A stretch of DNA of 63,932 bases, the filler included, from Octopus bimaculoides (taxonomy: Eukaryota): assembly GCF_001194135.2 (NCBI RefSeq). It is 6 parts of 6 records of this genome, joined end to end, with 100 filler letters (N's around TTAATTAATTAA, not from the genome) between each part and the next. Parts side by side here need not be neighbours in the genome. Positions count along the whole stretch, not along the records: positions 39,127 to 51,868 come from NC_069007.1; 5 more parts are not named here. One strand, written 5' to 3'. Both the position numbers and the translations under genes were made by a program. Position 1 is the stretch's first letter; each line of letters opens with the position of its first letter. The notes below the pieces were generated by a model. It did no database searches, was not told the origin of the DNA, and worked only from the letters and a program-made list of their open reading frames with translations. Shown here one piece after another: positions 39,421 through 51,135 of this stretch.

Positions 39421-39669
39421 CTGAAATACAGAGAGGTCAAAGGTTACATTAGCCAGGGAGGAGCCAGAAAGTGTGTGGAAAGGAACACGGGCTGGAGCAA
39501 TCAGACACACTGAAGGACAAACACACACACATATACATATGCGGGATGTGTGTATGTTTATAAGACTCGAACTGAAATTCCACATGCGAATTACATAATT
39601 GCAACATTCTCTATTCAAAACTGGAAATGGTAACTCCCACTATTCCTCACCATGGATTACCATTGAACG

Positions 39670-40052
39670 TTGTTGGCACTCCGTCGCTTACGACGTCGAG
39701 GGTTCCAGTTGATCCGATCAACGGAACAGCCTGCTTGTGAAATTAACATGCAAGTGGCTGAGCACTCCACAGACACGTGTACCTTTAACGTAGTTCTCGG
39801 GGATATTCAGCATGACACAGTGTGACAAGGCTGACCCTTTGAATTACAGGCACAGCAGAAACAGGAAGAAAGAGTGAGAGAAACTTGTGGTGAAAGAGTA
39901 CAGCAGGGTTCGCCACCATCCCCTGCTGGAGCCTCGTGGAGCTTTAGGTGTTTTCGCTCAATAAACACTCACAATGCCCGGTCTGGGAATCGAAACCGCG
40001 ATCCTATGACCGCAAGTCCGCTGCCCTAACCACTGGGCCATTGCGCCTCCAC
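39670..40052 (-). mobile_element. SINE family A, full length, in an ATG4 intron
   Basis: Near-identical to the 26494 copy; 10-bp TSD ACCATTGAAC. Confidence 0.92.
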
Positions 40053-40450
40053 AACCATTGAACATTTTCATTTGAAACTGCTATTGGATATTACCTATAA
40101 CTATATTTTTCATTTGATCACGGATCTCCCTAATGCATTCCTATTTTACTTTGATACTTTCCCCCATTCTTGACAAACTGGGATACACTAACATCATCGA
40201 CTGGGGACCTCCCCTTGCTTTTACATCTCTTTCACTTCTCCCTCTCTGATGACAGGATACTCAGCCTATGGAATCCTTACTTAATATGATGATCCACACA
40301 ATTGGCTATTCTAGAAAAAGCTCAAAAGGGACTCTGTATATCTATATTCTCTAACTCAATTAAATGTCTTTTTCAAGTGATGCCAAACAGTTTGCAACAT
40401 TACAAAATTTCCAAATTGCAGAATTAGAAAAGAATCAGTTTACAACTTAC

Positions 40451-40529
40451 CAAAAGTACCGATAAACCAATGAGCATGGTTCGGTTTCCCACCAATAATT
40501 CCTACTGATTGTTTTAATGACAGACACAT
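40451..40529 (-). CDS. ATG4B: ATG4 internal exon (regulatory loop)
   Basis: ttttccag|ATG TGT ... TTT G|gtaagt. 79 bp, MCLSLKQSVGIIGGKPNHAHWFIGTF. Absent from the ORF track because it is short. Confidence 0.95.
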
Positions 40530-40695
40530 CTGGAAAATAGAAGAAATTAAGAAAAATATTTGTTTCAGATGGGAACGAAATATTTGAGTAGAATTCATTG
40601 AAGGAAATACCTTGCTTGGTGCTAAACCGCTTCAGTTCACACACAAGACACTGAGGGGACAGTGGAAAGTTAGTGAGACTGAACTGGTGGCTATG

Positions 40696-41075
40696 TCATC
40701 ATCATCATCGTCGTTTAACATACGCTTTCCATGCTAGCATGGGTTGGACGATTTGACTGAGGACTGGTGAAAACCAGATGGCTACACCAGGCTCCAATCT
40801 GATTTGGCAGAGTTTCTACAGCTGGATGCCCTTCCTAACGCCAACCACTCAGAGAGTGTAGTGGGTGCTTTTACATGCCACCGGCACGAAGGCCAGTCAG
40901 GTGGTACTGGCAATGGCCACGCTCAAAATGGTGTGTTTTATGTGCCACCCGTACAAGAGCCAGTCCAGGGGCACTGGCAACGATCTCACTCGAAAGTCCT
41001 TACACATGCCGTGGGCACAAGTGCCAGAAAGGCGACGCTGGGCACAGGTGCCATCACAATTTCATTTTTGCTTGC
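40696..41075 (-). mobile_element. Family D retroelement 3' end with (ATG)n tail; copies at about 10010-10200, 19165-19337, 43887-44500 and, in the opposite orientation, 49565-49650
   Basis: Shared CATCATCATCGTTTAAC..CCATGCTAGCATGGGTTGGAC..CAGCTGGATGCCCTTCC. Confidence 0.8.
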
Positions 41076-41701
41076 CCCGTGACTGCGAGAAAAACTTCAC
41101 AACCACAATGCCATGCCTGATTGACCTTTATATAATGTATATGAGTGGCTGTGTGTGGTAAGTAGCTTGCTTACGAACCACATGGTTCTGGGTTCAGTCC
41201 CACTGCGTGGCACCTTGGGCAAGTGTCACGCCGGGTGAAATGCTTAACGGTATTTCGTCTGCTGTTACGTTCTGAGTTCAAATTCCACTGAGGTAGAGTT
41301 TGCTTTTCATCCTTTCAGAGTTGATAAATTAAGTATCAGTTACACACTGGGGTCGATGTAATTGACTTAATCCCTTTTGTCTGTCCTTGTTTGTCCCCTC
41401 TATATTTAGCCCCTTGTGGGCAATAAAGAAATAGGAAACTTCAAGGCATATGTATATGTGACTATTTGGAAGGAGAGGATGATAAAACTTTGGGAAATAA
41501 GTTATTTTTTATTAAACATAACTAGCCCAGGAACCTTTTTTGATACCACCTCAAATGAACCCCCAAAGGGCCATATTGATCCCCAAGGGTCATATTTGAC
41601 CCTTAAGGACCATATTAACCCCAGTTGAGAACCACTGATCTACAGCTGCAGTAAACTTAACTAGGGCCAACAACCGTGTCTTCTGTATTTCAAGACAAGA
41701 T

Positions 41702-42100
41702 ATTGTTTGTTGTTGTTGTTGGCACTCCGTCGCTTACGACGTCGAGGTTTCCAGTTGATCCGATCAACGGAACAGCCTGCTCGTGAAATTAACGTGCAAG
41801 TGGCTGAGCACTCCACAGACACGAGTACCCTTAACGTAGTTCTCGGGGATATTCAGTGTGACACAGAGTGTGACAAGGCTGACCCTTTGAATTACAGGCA
41901 CAACAGAAACAGGAAGTAAGAGTGAGAGAAAGTTGTGGTGGAAGAGTACAGCAGGGTTCGCCAGCATCCCCTGCCGGAACCTCGTGGAGCTCTAGGTGTT
42001 TTCACTCAATAAACACTCACAACGCCCGGTCTGGGAATCGAAACCGCGATCCTATGACCGCGAGTCCGCTGCCCTAACCATTGGGCCATTGCACCTCCAC
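41702..42100 (-). mobile_element. SINE family A, full length, in an ATG4 intron
   Basis: (AAC)n tail; 12-bp TSD TCAAGACAAGAT. Confidence 0.92.
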
Positions 42101-42194
42101 TCAAGACAAGATGATCACAGGCAGAATGTACTGATCAAGGCCAGCCAGGGGTTAAACAACAACAAAAAAAACAAGACTTAGCTAGATAGGTTAC

Positions 42195-42382
42195 CTTGAG
42201 ACTGTTGAAGTATAGAGAATTGATATCGGTCAGTCCGAGCCTGAGAGGAATAATCAGTAACAAGGGTGACCAACTGGACTCTTTTAATGATGAACCTGCT
42301 GTTAGTGGGGAACTGTCCGAGATGGATTTAGATTCTAGCTGACCATTATCACGATTGGTGGTGAAGTTTTTGCACAAAGTCC
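42195..42382 (-). CDS. ATG4B: ATG4 internal exon
   Basis: ccccag|GG ACT TTG ... CTC AAG|gtaacc. 188 bp, RTLCKNF...WSPLLLIIPLRLGLTDINSLYFNSLK; PLRLG is a conserved ATG4 motif. Confidence 0.95.
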
Positions 42383-42471
42383 CTGGGGAAGAAAGAGAGA
42401 AAGAGAAAGTTGAAAGAAAGGATTATCATCATTGTAGATATTATCATCACAATCATCACCATCATCTAGTG

Positions 42472-42749
42472 CAGGGGTTTTCAAACTGTGGTCCGCAAGG
42501 ACAAGACAGGGGTCCGTAGACAGCAAATACTTTTTATGGGCAATTTGATTTTATATATGTTTTTTAATCGAAATCTTTTAATTGACAATAAACCTATTTG
42601 TTAAATACTGCTAAATAAATAAATGTAAAAATATATGTTACTTTAAGCAAATATTTATGTGTAAATTTCATAAGCGTTTATAAGGGGGTCTCTAAGGTAA
42701 AGCCTGAAATATAAAGGGGTCTGCAAGTCAAAAAGTTTGAAAACCCCTG
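42472..42749. mobile_element. hAT (Charlie-like) MITE in an ATG4 intron
   Basis: TIR CAGGGGTTTTCAAACT...AGTTTGAAAACCCCTG; degenerate 8-bp TSD ATCTAGTG/GTATAGTG. Confidence 0.85.
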
Positions 42750-43647
42750 GTATAGTGTTATCATTTCCCTTGTCATTATCATCACCACCTTTTCATTATT
42801 GTCAGCATGCTCATTATCATAATCATTATCGCCATCATCATCATCACCACCAACATCATAATAACCACCATCCTCACCATAATCATCATAATCACCAGTC
42901 ATCATCATCACCATCACCACACCATCATTATCATAACCATCATCATCACCATCATAATGATTGTCATCATCGTCATAACCTCAGCAACAGCAGCAGTAGC
43001 AGCAGCAGCAACAGTATTACTATCATCTCCACCACCCATCATCACCATCATCTCCACCACCCACTTACTTTCATCATCTTTTCAGTCATTTTGACAGCAG
43101 CCATGCTGGAGCACCACCTTAGAAAAATAGTTTTAGTCGAAGAAATCGACCCCAGGACTTATTCTTTGTAAGCCTAGAACATATTTTATCACTCTCTTTT
43201 GCCAAACCGCTAAGTTACAGGGACATAAACACACCAGCATCGGCTGTCAAGCAATGGGAGTGGGAAACAAACACATAAATACACACATAAATATATATAT
43301 ATNNNNNNNNNNAACAGGCTTCTTTCAGTTTCCATCTACCAAATCCACTCACAAGGCTTTGGTCAGCCCAAGGCTATAGTAGAAGACACTTGCCTAAGGT
43401 GCCACGCAGTGGGACTGAACCTTCTTACCACACAGCTACGCCTGCACCTATATACACATACAACAGGCTTCTTTCAGTTTCCATCTACCAGTTTCCATAC
43501 ACAGGGGCTATACAAGACATGCCCAAGGTGCAGCAAAAGTGCATCTTATACACCCATAAATATGGTAAACACTCTGCCCCCCCATCATCTAAAAAAAAAA
43601 AATAAATACATGTGATAGAATAAAAGAGAGAGAGAGACTATACTCAC

Positions 43648-43727
43648 TGATGTCATCTTCTATGATGGTGTTGTCCATGGCTACATGGGTGACAATGGCG
43701 CTCCATTCATCATATACAGACAGCTTC
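43648..43727 (-). CDS. ATG4B: ATG4 internal exon
   Basis: cattag|G AAG CTG ... ATC A|gtgagt. 80 bp, KLSVYDEWSAIVTHVAMDNTIIEDDI. Confidence 0.95.
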
Positions 43728-43759
43728 CTAATGAGAGGAAGATGAAGAATAAAGATAGG

Positions 43760-43799
<40 letters not shown>

Positions 43800-44032
43800 A
43801 TCAGTAGAATAACATATATTGACATGCACACACATATACATACATACATTCATAAACATACATATATGTGCACATGTACACATACATCATGATCACCATC
43901 ATCATCATTTAACGTCCGTTTCCCATGTTGACAGGAGCTGGTAAGGCTTGGGGTTGTTCCAAGCTCCATTGCCTGTCCTGGCATGGTTTCTACAACTGGG
44001 TGCCCTTCCTAATGCCAACCACTCCACAGAGT

Positions 44033-44424
44033 TGTTGTTGTTGTTGGCACTCCGTCGCTTACGACGTTGAGGGTTCCAGTTGATCCGATCAACGGAACAG
44101 CCTGCTCGTGAAATTAACGTGCAAGTGGCTGAGCACTCCACAGACACGTGTACCCTTAACGTAGTTCTCGGGGATATTCAGCGTGACACAGTGTGACAAG
44201 GCTGGCCCCTTTGAATTACAGGCACAACAGAAACAGGAAGTAAGAGTGAGAGAAAGCTGTGGTGAAAGAGTACAGCAGGGTTCGCCACCATCCCCTGCCA
44301 GAGCCTCGTGGAGCTTTAGGTGTTTTCGCTCAATAAACACTCACAACGCCTGGTCTGGGAATCAAAACCGCGATCCTATGACTGCGAGTCCGCTGCCCTA
44401 ACCACTGGGCCATTGCGCCTCCAC
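44033..44424 (-). mobile_element. SINE family A, full length, nested in a family D element
   Basis: 12-bp TSD ACTCCACAGAGT. Confidence 0.92.
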
Positions 44425-44981
44425 ACTCCACAGAGTATACTAGGTGCTTTTCACGTGGCACCAGCACCCGTGTTTTTTCCGTGGCACCAGCACCAGTGTC
44501 AATTCTGCCATGATCAACAGGTCTACTTCAGTACAGCAAGGCACCAGACACATATATACACATACTTACATACACATATATGCATATTAATGCACATACA
44601 TATTCACCTGTAAACACATACACACACAGACATATGCACAAAGACAAATACATTGATAAATGCACACATTTATCTATATGCAGGTATATTAGGTATATTT
44701 ATATTAATAGATCCAATATTCATCATCTGAAAGTCTCCACTCTTTGCTTCCTCTCATTTTGCATCTATACATATTTGTATATTTTGTATTTCACACCCAA
44801 ACTGTTATATTTAATCTGTTTATCTGCACAATTGCCTCTATAACTGCTCAACCTGATCCCTCTTATAGCCATTCATTGCCCCATGAAACTGATCCCCTGT
44901 AAAGACATTGGAGTCTAAGTTTGAATCATTTGAGCACTACTAAGTGTCTTCTATAACGAGAATCTGTGCATCTCATCTGTT

Positions 44982-45017
<36 letters not shown>

Positions 45018-45199
45018 CACATATACATAAGCACATATATACACATATACTTACAAAATCTTGAAAAAATAAATCGAGCATAAGAACCCCAACATACAAT
45101 GGTGAATATGGTAAAGAAACCGAACAAGAAATGGAGAATGTAAAAGACAGAAAATAAGACCAGACGAAAATTCCTGTCAATAATCATCAGCAAACTTAC

Positions 45200-45272
45200 T
45201 TTAAGACTTGAGCTATAGTGTTTGGACCAAACCAACTTCCAACCGTTTTACCTTCAGATACGCCCATTGATG
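45200..45272 (-). CDS. ATG4B: ATG4 internal exon
   Basis: tgttgcag|CA TCA ATG ... TTA AA|gtaagt. 73 bp, ASMGVSEGKTVGSWFGPNTIAQVLK. Confidence 0.95.
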
Positions 45273-45513
45273 CTGCAACAGAAAGAGGACTGTGTAAGAA
45301 TTGGTCGTTTGTAATAACAACAAGAATAAGTCACTTGTTTTTTGAACCTTGAATGGCTATGGGAATCCCTTGAAGTAAAATAGGAACCAAAAGGGGTCCA
45401 GTCCACTAAATGATTGCAGAAGTATAACCAATTTATGGCACCCAAACTTTAACAACAAAATCTCATATGGATCCCAAAGGATCATATGAACCACTGATCT
45501 AGGATGACCTTAC

Positions 45514-45615
45514 CGATTTGATGTATTGAGTAATAAGATGTTCGTTTATCCTGGAAGAGGCTCAGTATCTTTCGGTAGACAGGATCGTTGAGGGAGTCCT
45601 TGGACCAGCGCCAGT
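45514..45615 (-). CDS. ATG4B: ATG4 internal exon
   Basis: atttcag|AC TGG CGC ... ATC G|gtaagg. 102 bp, DWRWSKDSLNDPVYRKILSLFQDKRTSYYSIHQI; phase fits the previous exon. Confidence 0.95.
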
Positions 45616-45727
45616 CTGAAATTAAATGGAATGACTGCATCAGTAGAATTGGGGAGGAGAGATAACAGGATGGAGGTGGGTAAAAAAAAGAGATACAGAG
45701 GGAAAGAAATTAGTAGTCTGCATGTGG

Positions 45728-45784
<57 letters not shown>

Positions 45785-45932
45785 CATATACACACATATG
45801 TATATACATACATAGACACTGTGCATATGAGTGTGAATGAGAGAAAACAAAGAAGGGTGGGTAAGAAAGATACAGAGAGGGGAGAGAAAGGAGTTGTTTG
45901 TGTGTGTATACATACATATATACACAACACAT

Positions 45933-46304
45933 GTTGGCACTCTGTCGCTTACGACGTCGATTAGTTCCAGTTGATCTGATCAACGGAACAGCCTGCTCGT
46001 GAAATGAACATGCAAGTGGCTGAGCACTCCACAGACACGTGTGCCCTTAACGTAGTTCTCGGGGATATTCAGCGTGACAAGGCTGACCCTTTGAATTACA
46101 GGCACAACAGAAACAGGAAGAAAAAGTGAGAGAAAGTTGTGGTGAAAGAGTACAGCAGGGTTCGCCACCATCCCCTGCCGTAGCCTCGTGGAGCTTTAGG
46201 TGTTTTCGCTCAATAAACACTCACAACGCCTGGTCCGGGAATCGAAACCGCGATCCTATGACCGCGAGTCTGCTGCCCTAACCACTGGGCCATTGCGCCT
46301 CCAC
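45933..46304 (-). mobile_element. SINE family A, near full length, in an ATG4 intron
   Basis: Same sequence with a small internal deletion; imperfect TSD. Confidence 0.9.
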
Positions 46305-46336
46305 ACAGAACACACATATACATACATACACTACAT

Positions 46337-46379
<43 letters not shown>

Positions 46380-46777
46380 CATACAAGGTTGTGTATGTGT
46401 GTGTGTATGCATATTAAGGTATCTTTGCCTTGACATCACATGACAACTGTAAATGAGTGTCACTGTCGTGTGAGTGGTGTAGTTTGTTTCCAATTTTCTG
46501 TGAAAACTTGTCCGGTTGCAGGGAAATATCACCTTCTTTGGAAACAGGTGAGGCTTGGTGTGTGTATACTGTGTGTGTATATGTGCATGCATATATGTGT
46601 GTGTGTGCCTTATTCTGCATACAAACATGTGCATTTATATATCTTTAGGCATTATGCTTATATATGTATCTATAGAAACTGCAGCAGAGTATTTAAGAGA
46701 TAAAGGTAAAGATCCCATATACACGTGCGTGTGTGTGTGCACGATTCTATAAACAGACAGCAGCTTGATGTACAAAC

Positions 46778-46876
46778 CTCTACCAAGATGCCTAATCACA
46801 AGGCACTGAGCCATCATCATCTGTCCACACCTGAGCATACATCCCCATCCAGTATCCGTAGTTGGGCCAGTTCCAC
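46778..46876 (-). CDS. ATG4B: ATG4 cysteine protease, internal exon with catalytic Cys (equivalent to human ATG4B exon 4)
   Basis: tttacag|GT GGA ACT ... AGA G|gtttgt. 99 bp, encodes GGTGPTTDTGWGCMLRCGQMMMAQCLVIRHLGR, the peptidase C54 catalytic motif GWGCMLRCGQM. Assignment to the B paralogue is tentative. Confidence 0.96.
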
Positions 46877-47580
46877 CTGTAAACATAAAAACGTAAACAT
46901 TATCAACATCATCATCTACAGCTTTGATTTGAGATCAACTCCCTTCGTTTATCAATATCCACCAAAACATTACATAAGATCGATATCTACCTAGCTAAGC
47001 ACCTGCACACCTAACTAGGTAAGCAGCTAGCCAGAGACACCTAGATAGCTAGCTGGACACCAACCTAGTTAGCTAGTCATATATATAGCTAGCTAGAACC
47101 CCCATTTTGTTACCCAGACACCCTTTGAGTGAATAAGTATCTAGCTGGCGAAATACCTATTTAACTGGTTAACTCTTTTGCTACCATATTTCTGCTGAGA
47201 TGCTCTGTGTTTCTTTCAATTAATTTTAAATATAACAAAGAATTTAGTAAAATAACTTAGTTATCATTAAGCCAGTGTTAGGAACACAAATTGTGACTAA
47301 GGCTTCGTGGAAGATTTTAATTCAGAACTTTTGAAGACAAGACATTTGTACCACAAAGCCAGAGGTGGTTTCAGGTGGGTTGGTATCAAAAGGGTTAAAG
47401 ACTTAACAAGCTAGATTGCCATGTAGCTGCCTAGATACTCATCTAGCCACCTAGATGGCAATCTAACGAGGCTGATGCCTATCCAGCAGTTTAGATACCC
47501 ATTTAGCCAGCCAGATGCCTAAATAACCAGTTTGATACCTATCTAATTAGCTAGGCACCTATCTTGCTGGTTAGGCAACA

Positions 47581-47700
47581 ATCCAGCTGGCTAGGCACCT
47601 ATCAGGCTAGCTAGGTGCCTATCAAGCTGGCTAGGTGCCTATCAGGCTGGCTAGGTACCTATCAGGCTGGCTAGGTACTTATCAAGCTGGCTAAGCACCA
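47581..47700. repeat. 20-bp minisatellite, 6 units, inside a degenerate CTAG-rich zone (about 46990-47820)
   Basis: Consensus ATCAGGCTGGCTAGGTGCCT. Confidence 0.9.
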
Positions 47701-47879
47701 ATCTAACCATCTCAATATCTAACTGACCAGCTAGGTAGCTAGTCAGGAAACTATTCTGCTAACTAGACATGTATCTAGCTAAACAGTCAGCAATCACGAC
47801 ACCTATAGAGGTAGCTAGTCAACAACGAATAAAACAACAGGTATACAAGTCATCAAATATCATATACCCAGACTCATTC

Positions 47880-48180
47880 CTCATTTTAGGAGTGGGTAGC
47901 CACAGTAAGACACACACCAGGCATTCCATTCATTTCCCTCAAAGGGGCAAGCCCTGTTCTATGCTCGGGTCAAGGCATAGAACGCAACCCTCAATATCAG
48001 CAGCGGGGCCCAACAGCATATGCAGGTTTATCCCCGCAGCATCATGCTGGTTGTGTACCCCTTTGGTAACATCAAAATTCACTCATCCGTCCAGAAACAG
48101 TCTCCAAGCTTTCTTATCATTTATAAACTCTCTTGCCTCTCTCACTCCAACGACCTCTGACCACCAAAGCTTTCCTCACT
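47880..48180 (-). mobile_element. RTE-like LINE 3' end; about 70 bp repeated at 48633-48698
   Basis: ...RGRWSEREAREFINDKKAWRLFLDG* matches the AxDRxxWR end of RTE ORFs. Confidence 0.55.
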
Positions 48181-48325
48181 CTGTCCATCCACTCAATGTG
48201 GATATCACACCCGTTTTATCAAACCCGTTTTATAGGTAGAGATACTAAGTTGAAGTGATGCATTTTGAGTAGATATGAATAATAATAATAAATGGAGCAA
48301 AACGCATATAAATAAAAGTTGCTTT

Positions 48326-48416
48326 AATTCCTACATATGTTTCAAAATATATGTGCACTCTACTCCAAAGAAGTAAGAGCTGCTGGAATTGCACATATAT
48401 TCATCGTCAGGGAACC
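48326..48416 (-). ncRNA. Type I hammerhead ribozyme motif (Penelope-type)
   Basis: GGTTCC CTGACGA TGAATATATGTGCA..32 nt..TGCACATATATTTT GAAA CATATGTA GGAATT. Intact CUGANGA and GAAA core, 12 Watson-Crick pairs in stem II, palindromic stem III ACATATGT, GUA triplet. Confidence 0.7.
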
Positions 48417-49844
48417 AACATATAGAAGCAAGACAAATGTGAAATGATGAGGTAAGTTACAAGTTATAATATTACATGGCCAAGTAAGTGACCGTTAGAA
48501 ATAAGAACGCTTGTTTACATAGAGTTATAAAGGGAGTAATAATATTACATGGCCATGTAATGTCATAAACACCTGTACGTTGTAGGTTTTTTTTTTTTTT
48601 TTGTCACTTTAGCTATGAATTAAATTAATGAATTCACTCATTTGTCCAGAAACACTCTCCACGCTTTCTTATCATTTATAAACTCTCTTGCCTCTCTCNN
48701 NNNNNNNNNNNNNNNNNNNNNNNNNNNNNNNNNNNNNNNNNNNNNNNNNNNNNNNNNNNNNNNNNNNNNNNNNNNNNNNNNNNNNNNNNNNNNNNNNNNN
48801 NNNNNNNNNNNNNNNNNNNNNNNNNNNNNNNNNNNNNNNNNNNNNNNNNNNNNNNNNNNNNNNNNNNNNNNNNNNNNNNNNNNNNNNNNNNNNNNNNNNN
48901 NNNNNNNNNNNNNNNNNNNNNNNNNNNNNNNNNNNNNNNNNNNNNNNNNNNNNNNNNNNNNNNNNNNNNNNNNNNNNNNNNNNNNNNNNNNNNNNNNNNN
49001 NNNNNNNNNNNNNNNNNNNNNNNNNNNNNNNNNNNNNNNNNNNNNNNNNNNNNNNNNNNNNNNNNNNNNNNNNNNNNNNNNNNNNNNNNNNNNNNNNNNN
49101 NNNNNNNNNNNNNNNNNNNNNNNNNNNNNNNNNNNNNNNNNNNNNNNNNNNNNNNNNNNNNNNNNNNNNNNNNNNNNNNNNNNNNNNNNNNNNNNNNNNN
49201 NNNNNNNNNNNNNNNNNNNNNNNNNNNNNNNNNNNNNNNNNNNNNNNNNNNNNNNNNNNNNNNNNNNNNNNNNNNNNNNNNNNNNNNNNNNNNNNNNNNN
49301 NNNNNNNNNNNNNNNNNNNNNNNNNNNNNNNNNNNNNNNNNNNNNNNNNNNNNNNNNNNNNNNNNNNNNNNNNNNNNNNNNNNNNNNNNNNNNNNNNNNN
49401 NNNNNNNNNNNNNNNNNNNNNNNNNNNNNNNNNNNNNNNNNNNNNNNNNNNNNNNNNNNNNNNNNNNNNNNNNNNNNNNNNNNNNNNNNNNNNNNNNATA
49501 TATATATATATATATATATACGATGGGCTTCTTTCAGTTTCCGTCTACCAAATCCACTCACAAAGCCATCTGGTTCACCAGTCCTCAGTCAAATCGTCCA
49601 ACCCATGCTAGCATGGAAAGCGGACATTAAATGATGATGATGATGATGATGGTGATGAATGTGAATAAACAAACATTACATCTAACAGAGTGATTTGTAT
49701 GTTAAGAGGTTAAATCAGTTATATCAAGTCCAAATATGTTCCAGAGGTCACCTCTCATACCTATCTTTCAATGCTATCCAAAAATTATACAATCACGCCA
49801 TATATTGCTTGATTAATTCAAAATAATGTGAATAAATAAGCACT

Positions 49845-50190
49845 GCATGAGACAGTGGTTAGGGTGTCAGGCTCACAATCATGAGGTAGTGAGTTCAATT
49901 TCCAAACCAGGCTGTGTGTTGTGTTCTTGAGCAAGACACTTTATTTCACGTTGCTCTAGTTCCCTCAGCTGTAGAAATGAGTTGTGACATCACTAGTGCC
50001 AAGCTGTATCGGCCCCTTTGCCTTTCCCTTGGATAATATCAGTGACATGGAGAGGAGAGACTGGTATGCATGGGCGACTGCTAGTCTTCCACAAACAACC
50101 TTGTCCGGAATTGTGCCTCAGACGGTAACTTTCTAGGTGCAATCCCATGGTCAGTCATGATTCAAGGGGGTTTTCACCCTTTTACATTTG
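49845..50190 (+). mobile_element. tRNA-derived SINE of another family
   Basis: AGTGGTTAGGG..GAGTTCAATTTCC..GTGTTCTTGAGCAAGACACTTT, ends CCCTTTACATTT. Confidence 0.7.
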
Positions 50191-51102
50191 ACAGAGNNNN
50201 NNNNNNNNNNNNNNNNNNNNNNNNNNNNNNNNNNNNNNNNNNNNNNNNNNNNNNNNNNNNNNNNNNNNNNNNNNNNNNNNNNNNNNNNNNNNNNNNNNNN
50301 NNNNNNNNNNNNNNNNNNNNNNNNNNNNNNNNNNNNNNNNNNNNNNNNNNNNNNNNNNNNNNNNNNNNNNNNNNNNNNNNNNNNNNNNNNNNNNNNNNNN
50401 NNNNNNNNNNNNNNNNNNNNNNNNNNNNNNNNNNNNNNNNNNNNNNNNNNNNNNNNNNNNNNNNNNNNNNNNNNNNNNNNNNNNNNNNNNNNNNNNNNNN
50501 NNNNNNNNNNNNNNNNNNNNNNNNNNNNNNNNNNNNNNNNNNNNNNNNNNNNNNNNNNNNNNNNNNNNNNNNNNNNNNNNNNNNNNNNNNNNNNNNNNNN
50601 NNNNNNNNNNNNNNNNNNNNNNNNNNNNNNNNNNNNNNNNNNNNNNNNNNNNNNNNNNNNNNNNNNNNNNNNNNNNNNNNNNNNNNNNNNNNNNNNNNNN
50701 NNNNNNNNNNNNNNNNNNNNNNNNNNNNNNNNNNNNNNNNNNNNNNNNNNNNNNNNNNNNNNNNNNNNNNNNNNNNNNNNNNNNNNNNNNNNNNNNNNNN
50801 NNNNNNNNNNNNNNNNNNNNNNNNNNNNNNNNNNNNNNNNNNNNNNNNNNNNNNNNNNNNNNNNNNNNNNNNNNNNNNNNNNNNNNNNNNNNNNNNNNNN
50901 NNNNNNNNNNNNNNNNNNNNNNNNNNNNNNNNNNNNNNNNNNNNNNNNNNNNNNNNNNNNNNNNNNNNNNNNNNNNNNNNNNNNNNNNNNNNNNNNNNNN
51001 NNNNNNNNNNNNNNNNNNNNNNNNNNNNNNNNNNNNNNNNNNNNNNNNNNNNNNNNNNNNNNNNNNNNNNNNNNNNNNNNNNNNNNNNNNNNNNNNNNNN
51101 NN

Positions 51103-51135
<33 letters not shown>

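Noticed and set aside
42737-43171. His-rich ORFs
   Set aside because: Degenerate (CAT)n microsatellite in an ATG4 intron.
39670-46304. Recurring ORFs such as MVANPAVLFHHNFLSL and MFIERKHL, resembling a gene family
   Set aside because: Incidental frames within SINE family A copies.
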